A stretch of 64,000 nucleotides of DNA from Octopus vulgaris (taxonomy: Eukaryota). Below are positions 42,286 to 54,040 of this stretch, in pieces. A model generated the notes under the pieces. The model was given only the letters and a program-made list of their open reading frames with translations, was not told the origin of the DNA and ran no database searches. The stretch is from the NCBI GenBank assembly GCA_951406725.2, contig OX597814.1, forward strand, positions 28,272,001-28,336,000, in the 5' to 3' direction. Both the position numbers and the translations under genes were made by a program. Position 1 is the first letter of the stretch. Each line of letters opens with the position of its first letter.

Positions 42286-43328
42286 CATATATAAATCAGC
42301 GGATAAAACGAAACCGCTACCCGGTGATGTTAATTAACAATAAAAAGTAATTTTCTAAACAAAATAAAGAAAAAAAAAAGCCCTCGAACTTGCGAGAGAG
42401 GGCCGTTGCTCGAAGACCTTTGAGTTACTCAGTGTTGCTTACTTAGGGCTGATATGGTCAAATAGCTACTATAAAAACAAATGACACAGTTCTTTCTTGT
42501 AACTAAAAGAAATCTCTGTTATTTAATCAAACATATCATGAGATACGTAAAACAAGCAGCATGAAAAACTGTATATGCTGACCCGTTTGCAATCGATATC
42601 AACTTTTAACACTCGGATGCACAAAGTTTACATATTAGCCACTCAGCATTATACTCCCAACATTTCTTAATTAATCTTTAATAAGAATCATAATTACTTC
42701 TTAGTGACTGCCCTCATTTTGAATGCTTTTGTTTCCATATTGTTGATATTTCCCCCATAACCCTTATCGGCTCCTCTTGCCTGACCAACATAATTAATTT
42801 ATAATCTAATAAGAATGTATGTATGTGTGTGTGTACGTGTGTGTTTGTATACATATATACATATATGGGCATAACATAAGAGTTTGTATGTGACGTTAAT
42901 ACCTACCTATTGTTTTTAAAATAGAAATAGTGACGTAAGCGGTGTAAAATGCTTTCAGTGGAAATTGGGTCATGAACTCCACTCAGCAGGAGAATAACAA
43001 TATATATATAATGATTACTAATATAAGAATGAAGACACACGCTGGGTAGGGGTGTTAGAGTTTGATAAGATCGCCCTCAATGCTTGCTTGTTTCAGACAT
43101 GTGTGTGTGTGTGTGTGTGTGGTGCGAGCGTGAGCATGTATGTGTTTGCTCGTTTATATATTTCAAATGGACGTAAGGGCGTACATTTGGGTTGGGCCAG
43201 AGGAAAATATTAATAATATTAAAAATGATTTCGAATTTTTCGCAAGAGCAGCAAATTTGGGGGGAGAGGACGAGTCGGTTTCATCGACCCAGTGTTTCAT
43301 TTGTACTTATTTCATCGACCCCGAAAGG

Positions 43329-43405
<77 letters not shown>

Positions 43406-43431
43406 AATGGTAATAATAAAATAATAATAAT

Positions 43432-43465
<34 letters not shown>

Positions 43466-43548
43466 GTAATAACAAAATAATAATATTAATAATAATAATA
43501 TTAATAATAATAATAATAATGGTAATAACAAAATAATAATATAATAAT

Positions 43549-43602
<54 letters not shown>

Positions 43603-43650
43603 ATAATAATAATAATAATAATGATAATAATAACAACAACAACAACAACA
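43329..43650. repeat. (TAA)n/(GAA)n/(CAA)n microsatellite field
   Basis: Direct inspection. Confidence 0.95.
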
Positions 43651-43651
43651 A

Positions 43652-44230
43652 AATGCACTGATGCAGTACCAAACAGTAGCTTTAATGCCTTGATGCAATA
43701 CCAGGCAGTGGTTCTCGTGGCTTCTGATCTTATCTGATTGGAAGTGTTGTCATGTACATTGTTTTGTATTGGTATAAAAGATGGGCTACAGCAAATATTC
43801 TGCTCAATACCACAGATTTGCTTGTCAGTTATTTGACCTTAACCAGTTCAGCATATCCCTTAGTGGCTGACGATATGTGCATCTCTGATCACGAGCAGAA
43901 GTAGTAGGGGAGCCTCATAGCCATGTGTTGAGAGGGTTTGAATAATTCACCTCTGGAAAGATGGGTGTTTCGTTCAACATACTTAAACAACTCTTATTCA
44001 GGGAGCTTTTGAGCAGGATGGGTTACTCGACCAGAAGAAAATTCTAACTGGGCCCCACCTGCAAGTTCATGCGCTGTTTATCTTGCTAGGAGATCACAAT
44101 GTCGCGCACACATGGTTGTGAAGCATCTGCCCAGTGTACCCTTATCAGACGGGTAGTCCTGATGGGTATACTGGGCTTCGTATATTTTACCCCAGTGTCA
44201 CTTTGATGGCATGAACTGCTCTCTCACTCA
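43652..44230 (-). mobile_element. Unclassified non-coding insertion embedded in (TAA)n; orientation inferred
   Basis: Complex sequence bounded on both sides by TAA-type repeats, with a duplicated terminal motif and an internal long hairpin. Confidence 0.5.
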
Positions 44231-44269
44231 ATAATAATAATGATAATGATGATGATGATGATGATGATG

Positions 44270-44321
<52 letters not shown>

Positions 44322-44335
44322 TAATAATAATAATG

Positions 44336-44388
<53 letters not shown>

Positions 44389-44389
<1 letters not shown>

Positions 44390-44630
44390 GGTGCATTAGG
44401 CATGATAAAAAAATATTCAGACAAATACATAACAAAAACACCAGGACTTACAAACACATATAACATACAGAAAATTGCACTACTAGGCACTGCACACATC
44501 CTACGCAGAACACTTTCCATACAATAACCATCAGAGCATCACAACAAATCACAGCACATACCCAAGGCACACAGAGCTGCGCTCGGTAGTGAAGTGAAAG
44601 CACGCTATAAAAATAAAACTACTGAATAAG
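44389..44630 (+). mobile_element. R4/Dong-like LINE 3' end inserted in (TAA)n
   Basis: IIGALGMI...IQKIALLGTAHILRRTL* followed by a short UTR; TAA repeats on both flanks. Confidence 0.8.
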
Positions 44631-44656
44631 TAATAATAATAATAATAATAATAATG

Positions 44657-44693
<37 letters not shown>

Positions 44694-44889
44694 TAATAAT
44701 AATATTTGACACGATCAAATAGCGAAAATGCTACATCGGACTGTGCAAAAAGTGGGAGCTGGAGAAAGGAAAGATTGGTATGAACACAAACCAATCTGCA
44801 GATCACATATTAGTGGTCTCTGTAGCCGACCAATTTCAATCGTTGTACACCCTATTCTATCCTTATCCGCTGACCTAACAAATACTCTA

Positions 44890-45464
44890 TCTAGATTCGA
44901 TCTGGATGACCCATTGTGATTGCTCTATGTCCACACTGGTGTATATCAGGGAAATGTCAGAAAGCTGGACGTTTCTGAGCAGGTTTTCGAGGATTTTACA
45001 CCCCCTTCTTCTATGTACTAAACCCACACAGTCCTTCCACACGTCCAAAATACTATTCCAGTTTCCCACTAGTACTAAAGTGCGAGGCGTGCCCAGGAAT
45101 GTTTCTATTCGCCTGAAGAAATCTGTCCTCCCAGCCTCTGTCGGAGCATACACGGCCACCAATCTAAAGGTGCTACCCTTACCACTAACATACTGTCCGG
45201 GTCCAAGAAGAATCCCCTTACTGTGAGACCTAAGGATTTTCAGAAAAACACTGCTACACTGCCGCCCACTCATGACAGACCACAAAATGAGATTACCTCG
45301 TAGTCTTCGAAAATGGTTGCCGGAGCATGTCTCCCGGCAATTCTCGTCTCACTAATTGCTGTCACATCTAAATTTAGGGACCTGATATCGTTGAACATGT
45401 GATCCTGCTTCCAAGCCGAACCCAGACTCCGAACATTTACACAGCCAACTCTAAGTGTAGCCAT
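44890..45464 (-). pseudogene. L1/Tx1-like ORF2 N-terminus (APE endonuclease)
   Basis: MATLRVGCVNVRSL...LDVTAISETR, FRLVAVYAP, LVLVGNWNSILD; frameshifted. Confidence 0.85.
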
Positions 45465-45870
45465 TTAACTTAGAGGAAAGAAAATGGAATTATGTACCTT
45501 GGTCTCCAGGGATGACTGTTGACACAGTCTTCTTTTTTCTTTGAGGAGGTAGTGGGGAAGAGTTTTTCTAAGAATTTTTTTGTCTTTTGGTGGGTACTTT
45601 CTCACCCCTCCAATGTTCTAGGGGTATTTCAAATCAAGATACGCATCCGCATCTGTTTGGATTAACATCCTGTCTCGTGGAGTTTTCTGGAGGAGTTCCG
45701 CAAAACCTTCTCCACTTGTAATGATTTTGTTATTAATTACTTCCTCAATCAATTAGATGTAGCTTTTCTGAACAACAGTGAAGTTGATGAAGGAAACGTG
45801 TAGCCGAGAGTATGACTGCTGGTCATTTTGTTTTTCGGCTGCTTTTTTTTGTTTTCGTATTTTTGTGGTT

Positions 45871-46088
45871 ACTCTTTTACTTGTTTCAGTCATTTGACTG
45901 CGGGCATGCTGGAGCACCGCCTTTAGTCGAGCAAATTGACTCCAGGACTTATTCTTTGTAAGCCCAGTACTTATTCTATCGGTCTCTTTTACCGAACCGT
46001 TAAGTGACGGGGACGTAAACACACCAGCATCGGTTGTCAAGCAATGCTAGGGGGACAAACACAGACACACAAACACACACACATACAC

Positions 46089-46120
<32 letters not shown>

Positions 46121-46282
46121 GACAGGCTTCTTTCAGTTTCCGTCTACCAAATCCACTCACAAGGCATTGGTCGGCCCGGGGCTATAGCAGAAGACACTTG
46201 CCCAAGATGCCACGCAGTAGGACTGAACCCGGAACCATATGGTTGGTTAGCAAGCTACTTACCACACAGCCACTCCTGCGCC
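45871..46282 (-). mobile_element. SINE family B
   Basis: Full-length match. Confidence 0.9.
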
Positions 46283-46760
46283 TATTGTGGTTGTGAATGT
46301 ATTTGTAAAAATGGGTTGTCTTGTGATGAAGTTGTTGATGTTGGTGCTGATTTCTTTTTAAATTGATATTGTGACGGATTTTGTTTTCTACCTTCATGTC
46401 TTACGGCCTTCAATTTGGTCCGATGTCTGTTAAGCTCATATTCCGTCTTTCTCTTATCTCCCGCAAAGGCCTTTTTAGGTACAAAGTCCAATGAGGACTT
46501 TGCTTTTGCGAGGCCGGAGTCGGAGGAAGGAGTTAGATGCAAGGTAATAGTTTTGTTTCCACCTTTAGGAGTTGGTAGTAATGGTGGAGAGCTTCGGGGA
46601 GAAAAGGCTTTGAGGTGGTTCGAATTTCTACACACAAAACATTTGTTTTTTTTCTCCCTCTATAAAAACTAGCATCTGTTCGCATTCCCCGAAACAGAAA
46701 AAAAATCAGAAATGTGATTTAAGTCGAAATCATTCCGCAAGATTCTGCATCTTCTGTTAG

Positions 46761-46834
<74 letters not shown>

Positions 46835-46924
46835 CGTCATCAGTAGCAGCAATGACATTAGCAGCAGGTTCTATTGAGCAGCCTCAAAAAGCCTTTTTGC
46901 TGTCCTATAGTCTCAAGTCTCAAA

Positions 46925-46981
<57 letters not shown>

Positions 46982-47231
46982 CGGTCACAAGGATCCAAGA
47001 TATTGGAAAGAGTACCTGGGTGAAATACATAACTAGTGGGAGGTTAACCAACAAAAACCATAAATGCTACAAAATTGGCAAGAGAAAGCATCTGGAACAG
47101 GGCAAAAACCACTTACGTAAATCAAGTGAAAAATTTCTACAAAATAAGGGGTTATTGTGACGTATCGGTGACAAAAAATGCCTTTTTCAGTTCCTTTCTG
47201 CCTAATAATAATTACATAAGTTCGCCACACA

Positions 47232-47466
47232 ACATAAGGGCCGGTCTCCCGGTTTCCTTGGCATATAGGTTCCCCACCTGGACGGTATGCTGGTCCATTG
47301 CAGGTGAACTGCAAGATGGAGGAGGAAAGAGTGAGAGAAAGTTGTGGCGAAAGAATCAGCAGAAGTTCGCCATTACTTTCTGCCGGAGCAGCGTGGAGCT
47401 TAGGTGTTTCGCTCATAAACACACACATCACCCAGTCTGAGATTCGAACCCGCGATCCCTCAACCA
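47232..47466 (-). mobile_element. 5'-truncated SINE family C variant with a different tail
   Basis: Family C-like body; 37-bp direct repeats on the flanks. Confidence 0.78.
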
Positions 47467-47599
47467 TTTCTGCCTAATAATAATTACATAAGTTCGCCAC
47501 ACAGCTTCCATCGTCGTAACCACGAGGCTAGGATGAAACAAGGACTAGCCGTCCTTCCTTAACTTCTACCACCATCAAAAAATACCGTCAGATATTTGT

Positions 47600-49350
47600 G
47601 ACAGACTCGGCTAGTGACTTGTTCCGTCTTCCACTTGATAGCAGCTGTTTGACACAATGTACAGGATTTTGCCGGCAAGAACGGTTTCGTCGCCCTGTGC
47701 GTATCTCGGACATGATTGGCTGTTAGCATTCTGTGCTTATTCCTTAGAGGAAAACCTGCCCTGTAGTATTGTCAGAGAAAGTATTTGAGAAAGTATTCTT
47801 AATCCACGACCTGAATACCTTCTAAAAGAGATTGATCATACAATCCTCCACGGCACCCAGAATCGTTCTCAAACTATTGTCGCTTGTACCCTCTACGAAT
47901 CCTGAATAGAGTGTGACTTTGTTTTCCTCCACTGCAATGTTCATCTGGTATAGTGTAGTGAGCATCGCTCGCCAAATGTCCAACTTCAATCTATAACTGA
48001 CCAAGGACTGCAATTTGTTAAAGAGCGGTCTACAGAAAAACGACCACACCTACTCACAGTCATCATCCAGATGCGTCAGACTCACTGCATGCATCTGCAT
48101 CATCGGTGACATCGTCCCAAGAACCCTGTGGAGGCGTTATTTGTAGGACAGGGGTATCCTGCTAGAAGAGCCAGAACCTATCCCTTTGACAAAAATCGAA
48201 TGTTTCCAATCCGGTTAGGCATTTTCCGAGACAAGATAAAACAGAGAAGCGGCGTACATCATTGTAGCGATGAAGACGTTTACAACTTCTGTTCGATTTT
48301 CTGGGAAGTTTTCCTCCCAGCCCATTTTTTGAGAGTGATTTATTGACGCAAGCTCCTGTAACTTCCTGTTAACTTTTCAGTATGGCGCCAATGACATGGG
48401 TTTCTCAAGTTTCTGACACTATAGTATTGGCGTCATCCGCGTATGCGGATACTGCTTTTCTGCATTCCAATTCAAGCGAGATGCTCCTCAAAGTCCACAG
48501 CCACAGTAGCAATTGCTCCAGTGTTATAAGATACAGGAAAGAGAAAAAAAAAAGGGCACCCTGGCGGACTGAGTTCGGGATACGAAACGGTTCTGAGAAG
48601 CGGCCTTTTTGTCTAACCACCGATTAGATTCTGGTCATACAATACAACGACCCAGTCCCTAAAGAGGATATAGAACCCGTCCATTTTCAAGACAGCAGTT
48701 AATTAGAAATAGGTGAGCTCCAGTTGATCAGCTTCTACTGAACACAGATATTTCGATGCTTCATCGCATGATGTTGGGGTTGCCGTGAACAGATCTGCTG
48801 GCGATTGCATAAGTTTCTTTGTCTCCGACTATACCTATTTCTTTACTACCCACAAGGGGATAAACACAGAGGAGACAAACAAGGACAAACAAACGGATTA
48901 AGTCGATTATAACTGGTACTTAATTTATCGACCCCGAAAGGATGAAAGGCAAAGTCGACCTCGGTGGAATTTGAACTCAGAACGTACCAGCAGACGAAAT
49001 ACGGCTACGCATTTCGCCCGGTGTGCTAACGTTTCTGCCAGTTCACCGCTTCCGTCTATACCACTGGCGGCAAGAGTCAACCCCTTATTGATCCTCTTCG
49101 TTAATCTCTGTGTTTAGCAACCATGGATTTCTTGTTTTGGTCCTTTCTCTAGCAGCACCACTACTCTCCGGCTCACACATCGAATGCTTTCGGCCTGCCG
49201 CAAGCTGATAAGATATGGATGAACAAGCACAACAGAGGACCTAATCACAAGGATTTGTCTCTCAGGTTGTGGCTCAACACGTCCACTGCTTCGGCTATAG
49301 TTGGGCTCTTCGTAACATCCAGCATTTTCGATCGAAAGTCTCGGCATGAA
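47600..49350 (-). pseudogene. L1/Tx1-like RT and zinc-binding region, heavily decayed
   Basis: VVVLLEKGP, FSEPFRIPNSVRQG, SAYADDA, CPRYAQGDETVL. Confidence 0.78.
48835..49050 (-). mobile_element. SINE family A monomer inside the Tx1-like RT remnant
   Basis: Family A match; near-TSD CCGACTATACC / CCGTCTATACC. Confidence 0.88.
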
Positions 49351-49400
49351 TATTTTTATGCGTAAAACACGTTGCTGTTGTTGATGTTGTTATTGTTGTT

Positions 49401-49714
49401 GGTACTACTTAAGAAGAGTGGTCCCAGTGCGCGCACTCGCGTACTCGCGCATCCGCGCTGGCTAGTCGTGACTAGTCGATCCTTACTTTGTGTTTTTGTG
49501 TTTTATTTACTTTGTTTAAAAAAATTGTTTTGTGTTTTTGAGTTTTATTTACTTTGTTTTAAAAAAGTATTTATTTTGTGTAAAAAAAAATTTATTTATT
49601 TTGTCTTTTATTTACTTTGCTAGGTAGTCGTTGTAGGATCGACTAGTCTCGACTAACTAGCGCGGATGCGCGAGTACGCGAGTGCGCGCACCGGGACCAC
49701 TCTTAAGTAGTACC
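49401..49714. mobile_element. MITE with GC-rich TIRs of about 80 bp inside (GTT)n
   Basis: GGTACTACTTAAG..AGTGGTCCC...GATCCT inverted at both ends; AT-rich core with repeated TTTTATTTACTTTG. Confidence 0.85.
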
Positions 49715-49806
49715 GTAGTTGTTGTTGTTGTTGTTGTTGCAGGAGCTTTTCGAGTTGAATGAGAGCGAAAATGGGATTTATATCTAGAATGCGAATGAAA
49801 CTAACT

Positions 49807-49850
<44 letters not shown>

Positions 49851-50668
49851 AAGAGAGAAAGAGTGAGACTGAGTGTCTGAGAATGAGAATGGGAAATTAA
49901 GGTGAGTGGGAGAAACGGCAGTGGAAAAATTAAAAAGAAAGCGATCGACATTAAAAATAAAGAAAAAAAAAGAAAGAAAAAGAAAAACTTGTTAAAATAT
50001 GCTAATATATAAAGAATGAAAAGAAAGAAAACAAGAAAGGAATCTAGAATGAAAACAGCGAAAGGAACGCGAAAAATGTCATAGCTTTGTCATGTGCCTC
50101 TACAGACATACAACCCAGCAATGGGAGTGGCTGAGGTTCTGGTATGTCATCATCGTCGCCGTCGTACTTGTTTATCTCGAGATCGGCTCTTGAGAGAGTC
50201 GGTCTTATGATCAGGTGCTTTCCAACCATGACAATCCCATCCTTTTTTGTTAGTTTGAAATACATTCTTCAATGTATCACTCCCTTTTCTTTTTTTTTCT
50301 TCCTGTTTTTGTCTTTTGTTTTTTTTTTTCTTTTTCAAATACAGTAGGTTTTTTGGAGTTATTTCTAGCAAGTCCAGCGACTGACAAATAGGCACCTGGT
50401 TCCTCTGTGTGTGTGTGTGTGTGTGTGCGTCCGTGCGTGTGTGTTGTGGTCGTGGATAGGAGATTGTAGAGATTGAACCTAGTTAGAGACTACCTCCATC
50501 CTTTGCCACCAGATTCTATTGTAGTAGGTGCAGGCTGTGTAATTAAGAAGCTCGCTTTGCAATCACATGATTTTGGGTTCAGTCCCACTACACGGCACTT
50601 TAGGCAAATATCTTATAATACAGCCCACGAACGATGAGTGCTCATGTGAGTGAGAAGATGGTAACTGT

Positions 50669-50700
<32 letters not shown>

Positions 50701-50711
50701 CTTAGTTATAT

Positions 50712-50820
50712 TAAGGGTATTACTGTACATAAATACCTCACGCTAGGAGGGACTCTTAAAGTCAAAACTACCTTAAGAGTCCCTCCTAGCGTGAGGCATT
50801 TATGTATAGAAATGCCCTTA
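50712..50820. repeat. Inverted repeat with arms of about 48 bp
   Basis: CCTCACGCTAGGAGGGACTCTTAA / TTAAGAGTCCCTCCTAGCGTGAGG core. Confidence 0.9.
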
Positions 50821-50921
50821 TTATAAATAGATATATTTAAAAGGAATAATTAATAATTTTTCTCTTATGAGGATTTTAACGCTAACTACTTGATAAATTC
50901 TTATAAAGATTTTATCCTATT

Positions 50922-50971
<50 letters not shown>

Positions 50972-50973
<2 letters not shown>

Positions 50974-51299
50974 GACCCCCTTCGGTCAGACACTGACCAT
51001 GGGTTTGCACCTAGAGAGTTACCCTCTGAGGCACAAGTCTGGGCAAGGTTGTTTTATGGAAGACCAGTAGTCGCCCATGCATACCAGCCTCCCCTCTCCA
51101 CGTCACCGATGTTGCCCAAGGGAAAGGCAAGGGCCGATACAGCTTGGCACCTGTGACGTCGCAACTCATTTCTACAGCTGAGTGAACTGGAGCAACGTGA
51201 AATAAAGTGTCTTGCTCAAGAACACAACACGCAGCCCGGTCCGGGATTCGAGCTCACAACCTCACGATCGTAAGCTCGACGCTCTAACCACTGAGCCAT
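50972..51299 (-). mobile_element. SINE family D embedded in (TA)n
   Basis: tRNA-like head TGGCTCAGTGGTTAGAGC; homologous to 940-1230. Confidence 0.87.
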
Positions 51300-51414
51300 A
51301 TATATATAATCAGCCGAAATTGCGAAGATGATCTGGTACTTGGCTGAGGAAAGAAAACTTCGAATGACCCGTCCTTATTTTCTTTGTATCGTCTGTCTGG
51401 ATGTTTTGTTGTTT

Positions 51415-51609
51415 TGCTTAGCGGTATTTCGTCTGCCGTTATACGTTCTGAGTTCAAATTCCGCCGAGGTCGACTTTGCCTTTCATCTTTTCGGTGTCGA
51501 TTGAATAAGTACCAGTTACGCACTGGGGCCGATATAATCGACTTAATCCGTTTGCCTGTCCTTGTTTGTCCTCTCTGTGTTTAGCCCCTTATAGGTAGTA
51601 AAGAAATAG
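51415..51609 (+). mobile_element. SINE family A, 5'-truncated
   Basis: Family A match. Confidence 0.88.
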
Positions 51610-51736
51610 GTAAGTAGGTAAATAGGTAGGTATGAAAGTTGACCTGACTACAAAATACAAAATTACAATTCTGTAGGAGCAGTTGGGGTGAGTGCATATG
51701 TTTCATGACCTTTCACACTGTCCGTTACGCTGCCGT

Positions 51737-51792
51737 GGTCACGTGATAGCGGTCACGTGATAGCGGTCACGTGATAGCGGTCACGTGATAGC
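51737..51792. repeat. Four copies of 14-bp GGTCACGTGATAGC (E-box array)
   Basis: Perfect tandem repeat. Confidence 0.93.
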
Positions 51793-51854
51793 TTTGTTTA
51801 CACTGGAAGTAGTAAGAAATGGACGTACGTAAATAGTTTGTCTATATGTATATA

Positions 51855-52525
51855 TTACCTGACGTACCTGGTAATTCCCGGGAAAGCGGGAATTACCAGG
51901 TCCCGTTCTCATAATTGCTTCGCTAATCCAATAACAACAATACAAAATATGTAGCCCTTAAAAACGGTTTTTGTGCATTTACAGAGAATATCGAACTGTC
52001 TTACACAGGATCTTGTTTTTAGGAATTCCCAATAAGTTATGATTACCCAAATTGTGAAGTCAGTTATGTAATAACAGGAAATTAGTTACCCGATAGTAAG
52101 AATTCAAATAAAGTAGCCTCGAAAAGGGCTTTAAAGTGTTCCCAGAGTATATAGAACTTAGGAGGAAATACTAATAAGGTATGCATACTAAAATCGTGAA
52201 GCATGTTACGTGATAGGAGCTAGTCAGATATGAGATAATAACAATTCAAAGTAAATATCTCTGAAAAGGGCTTTTGTGCATTCCCAGAGAATATTACCCT
52301 CAGCGGCGCTAGTGCTGGTATATTCGTGAATAAGTCTCTTACCGAAATAAGTGGATCTTTTGTTTAGGAAAATACTATTTACTTGTTTAAGGGTTATACT
52401 GGATAAATTGCGAAAATAACTCTAACAGTTCAAATACAAAGAAATAAGCATACTCAATTTGATTTATAGCAAATGATTTAGGAAAATGAATGTTATTTCC
52501 CTTGGTTGTTAAAATCTGATATATT

Positions 52526-52577
<52 letters not shown>

Positions 52578-52753
52578 ATCCCTTCCAGGGGCTCTATTAT
52601 CGATTTTTTTTTTCAACAATCTGAGTATGCCATGAGGTTTCCAGACATGAGTTCTGCTCACATGCCAAATTTCATCATAATCGATAAAACGATGTAGGAG
52701 GAGTTAGCTAACAACTCCACAAACACACCCACATACAGAAGACATGTAGTAGA
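51855..52753 (-). mobile_element. Second non-autonomous Helitron-like family
   Basis: Minus strand starts A|TCTACTAC; perfect 15-bp-stem hairpin at 51866-51901, 11 nt from the presumed end; 3' end GTAA is non-canonical. Confidence 0.6.
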
Positions 52754-53130
52754 TGAATGTTTGTTGGGGTGGAGAGGTGATGCTCTTGCTGTTGTTGTTT
52801 AGCCACCAGATCAGCTCTGATCAAAGGCATTCTAGCCATTGAGCTTATAAAGGTGAGAAAACTGTAAGAATTCTATATAAAGATAGCTCACCTTTCAAAC
52901 CTTTGAATATAAAAAAAAAAAAAAAAAAAAAAACTATTTAAGCATATAAAATTGGTAACCCGCGAATCATTTTGGAGTTTGATGTTTTTATAAGCTCCAC
53001 GGCCGTTGCCATCCTAACCTATATCTACAGGTATAATATGTCCTTCTTTTCTTAAAGATCACAATGAATTATTGAATAGAGATTTTACTGCTATTTCTCA
53101 TAAGCCGAGTCGCCGCATAAAATCGCACTC

Positions 53131-53132
<2 letters not shown>

Positions 53133-53224
<92 letters not shown>
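53133..53224. repeat. (TG)n microsatellite
   Basis: Direct inspection. Confidence 0.97.
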
Positions 53225-53226
<2 letters not shown>

Positions 53227-53519
53227 TTGTTTAGACGTGGAAAGAAACTTGCGAAAAACACTCAAGTTCTGACCATCCCATCTTGTTATGGGAATGTGGG
53301 ACTATTTTATCTGTGTCTTTTAAGAGGCCAGTATATGATTGGTAGATATTTGGCTGCTATTATTAGTAGGTTCCCACGTTAGCTAAGGGTTGTATTATGT
53401 AAATTATAGAGGAAATGTGGTCATGACGTCAAGTTATTTCTCGCACATTCCTATACCGAAATACAAGAAAACACCGTAATGTTCTAGAAAAATACTCAAC
53501 TAACTAAATAAATAATATT

Positions 53520-53734
53520 GGTTTCAAATCTTGGCTCAAGGCCAGCAAGTTTGGGGGGGGGAGTAAATCGATAACATCAACTTCGATGAGCGACTAGCTC
53601 TTATTTTATCGACATCGAAAGGATGAAAGGGAAACTCGATCCCGGCTGAATTTGAACTCGGAACGTAAAGTCGGAAGAAATACTCTAAGCATTTTTTTTT
53701 CCGGGAGCGGTAACGATTCTGCCAGTTCACCACC

Positions 53735-53778
<44 letters not shown>

Positions 53779-54040
53779 ATGAATAAATGATATTGACTTC
53801 AAATTTTGGGACAAAACCAGCAATTCTGGCGGATGGATAAGTCGATTACGGCGCCGGCCAACCATTTCGAAGGAGAGGTAAGTTGATTACATAGACCCCC
53901 AGTGATCAACTGGTACTTATTTTATCGAGCCCTAAAGGATGAAAGGCAAAGTCGAACTGGGCGAAATTTGAACTCAGAACATAAAGACGGACGAAAAGCT
54001 GCTAAGCATTTTGCCCGGCGTGCTAACGATTCTGTCCCCT
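53520..54040 (-). mobile_element. Cluster of older SINE-A-related copies with a different tail
   Basis: Share the GGATGAAAGGCAAAGTCGA core; similar copies near 18720, 21090, 22400, 59110 and 63275. Confidence 0.72.
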
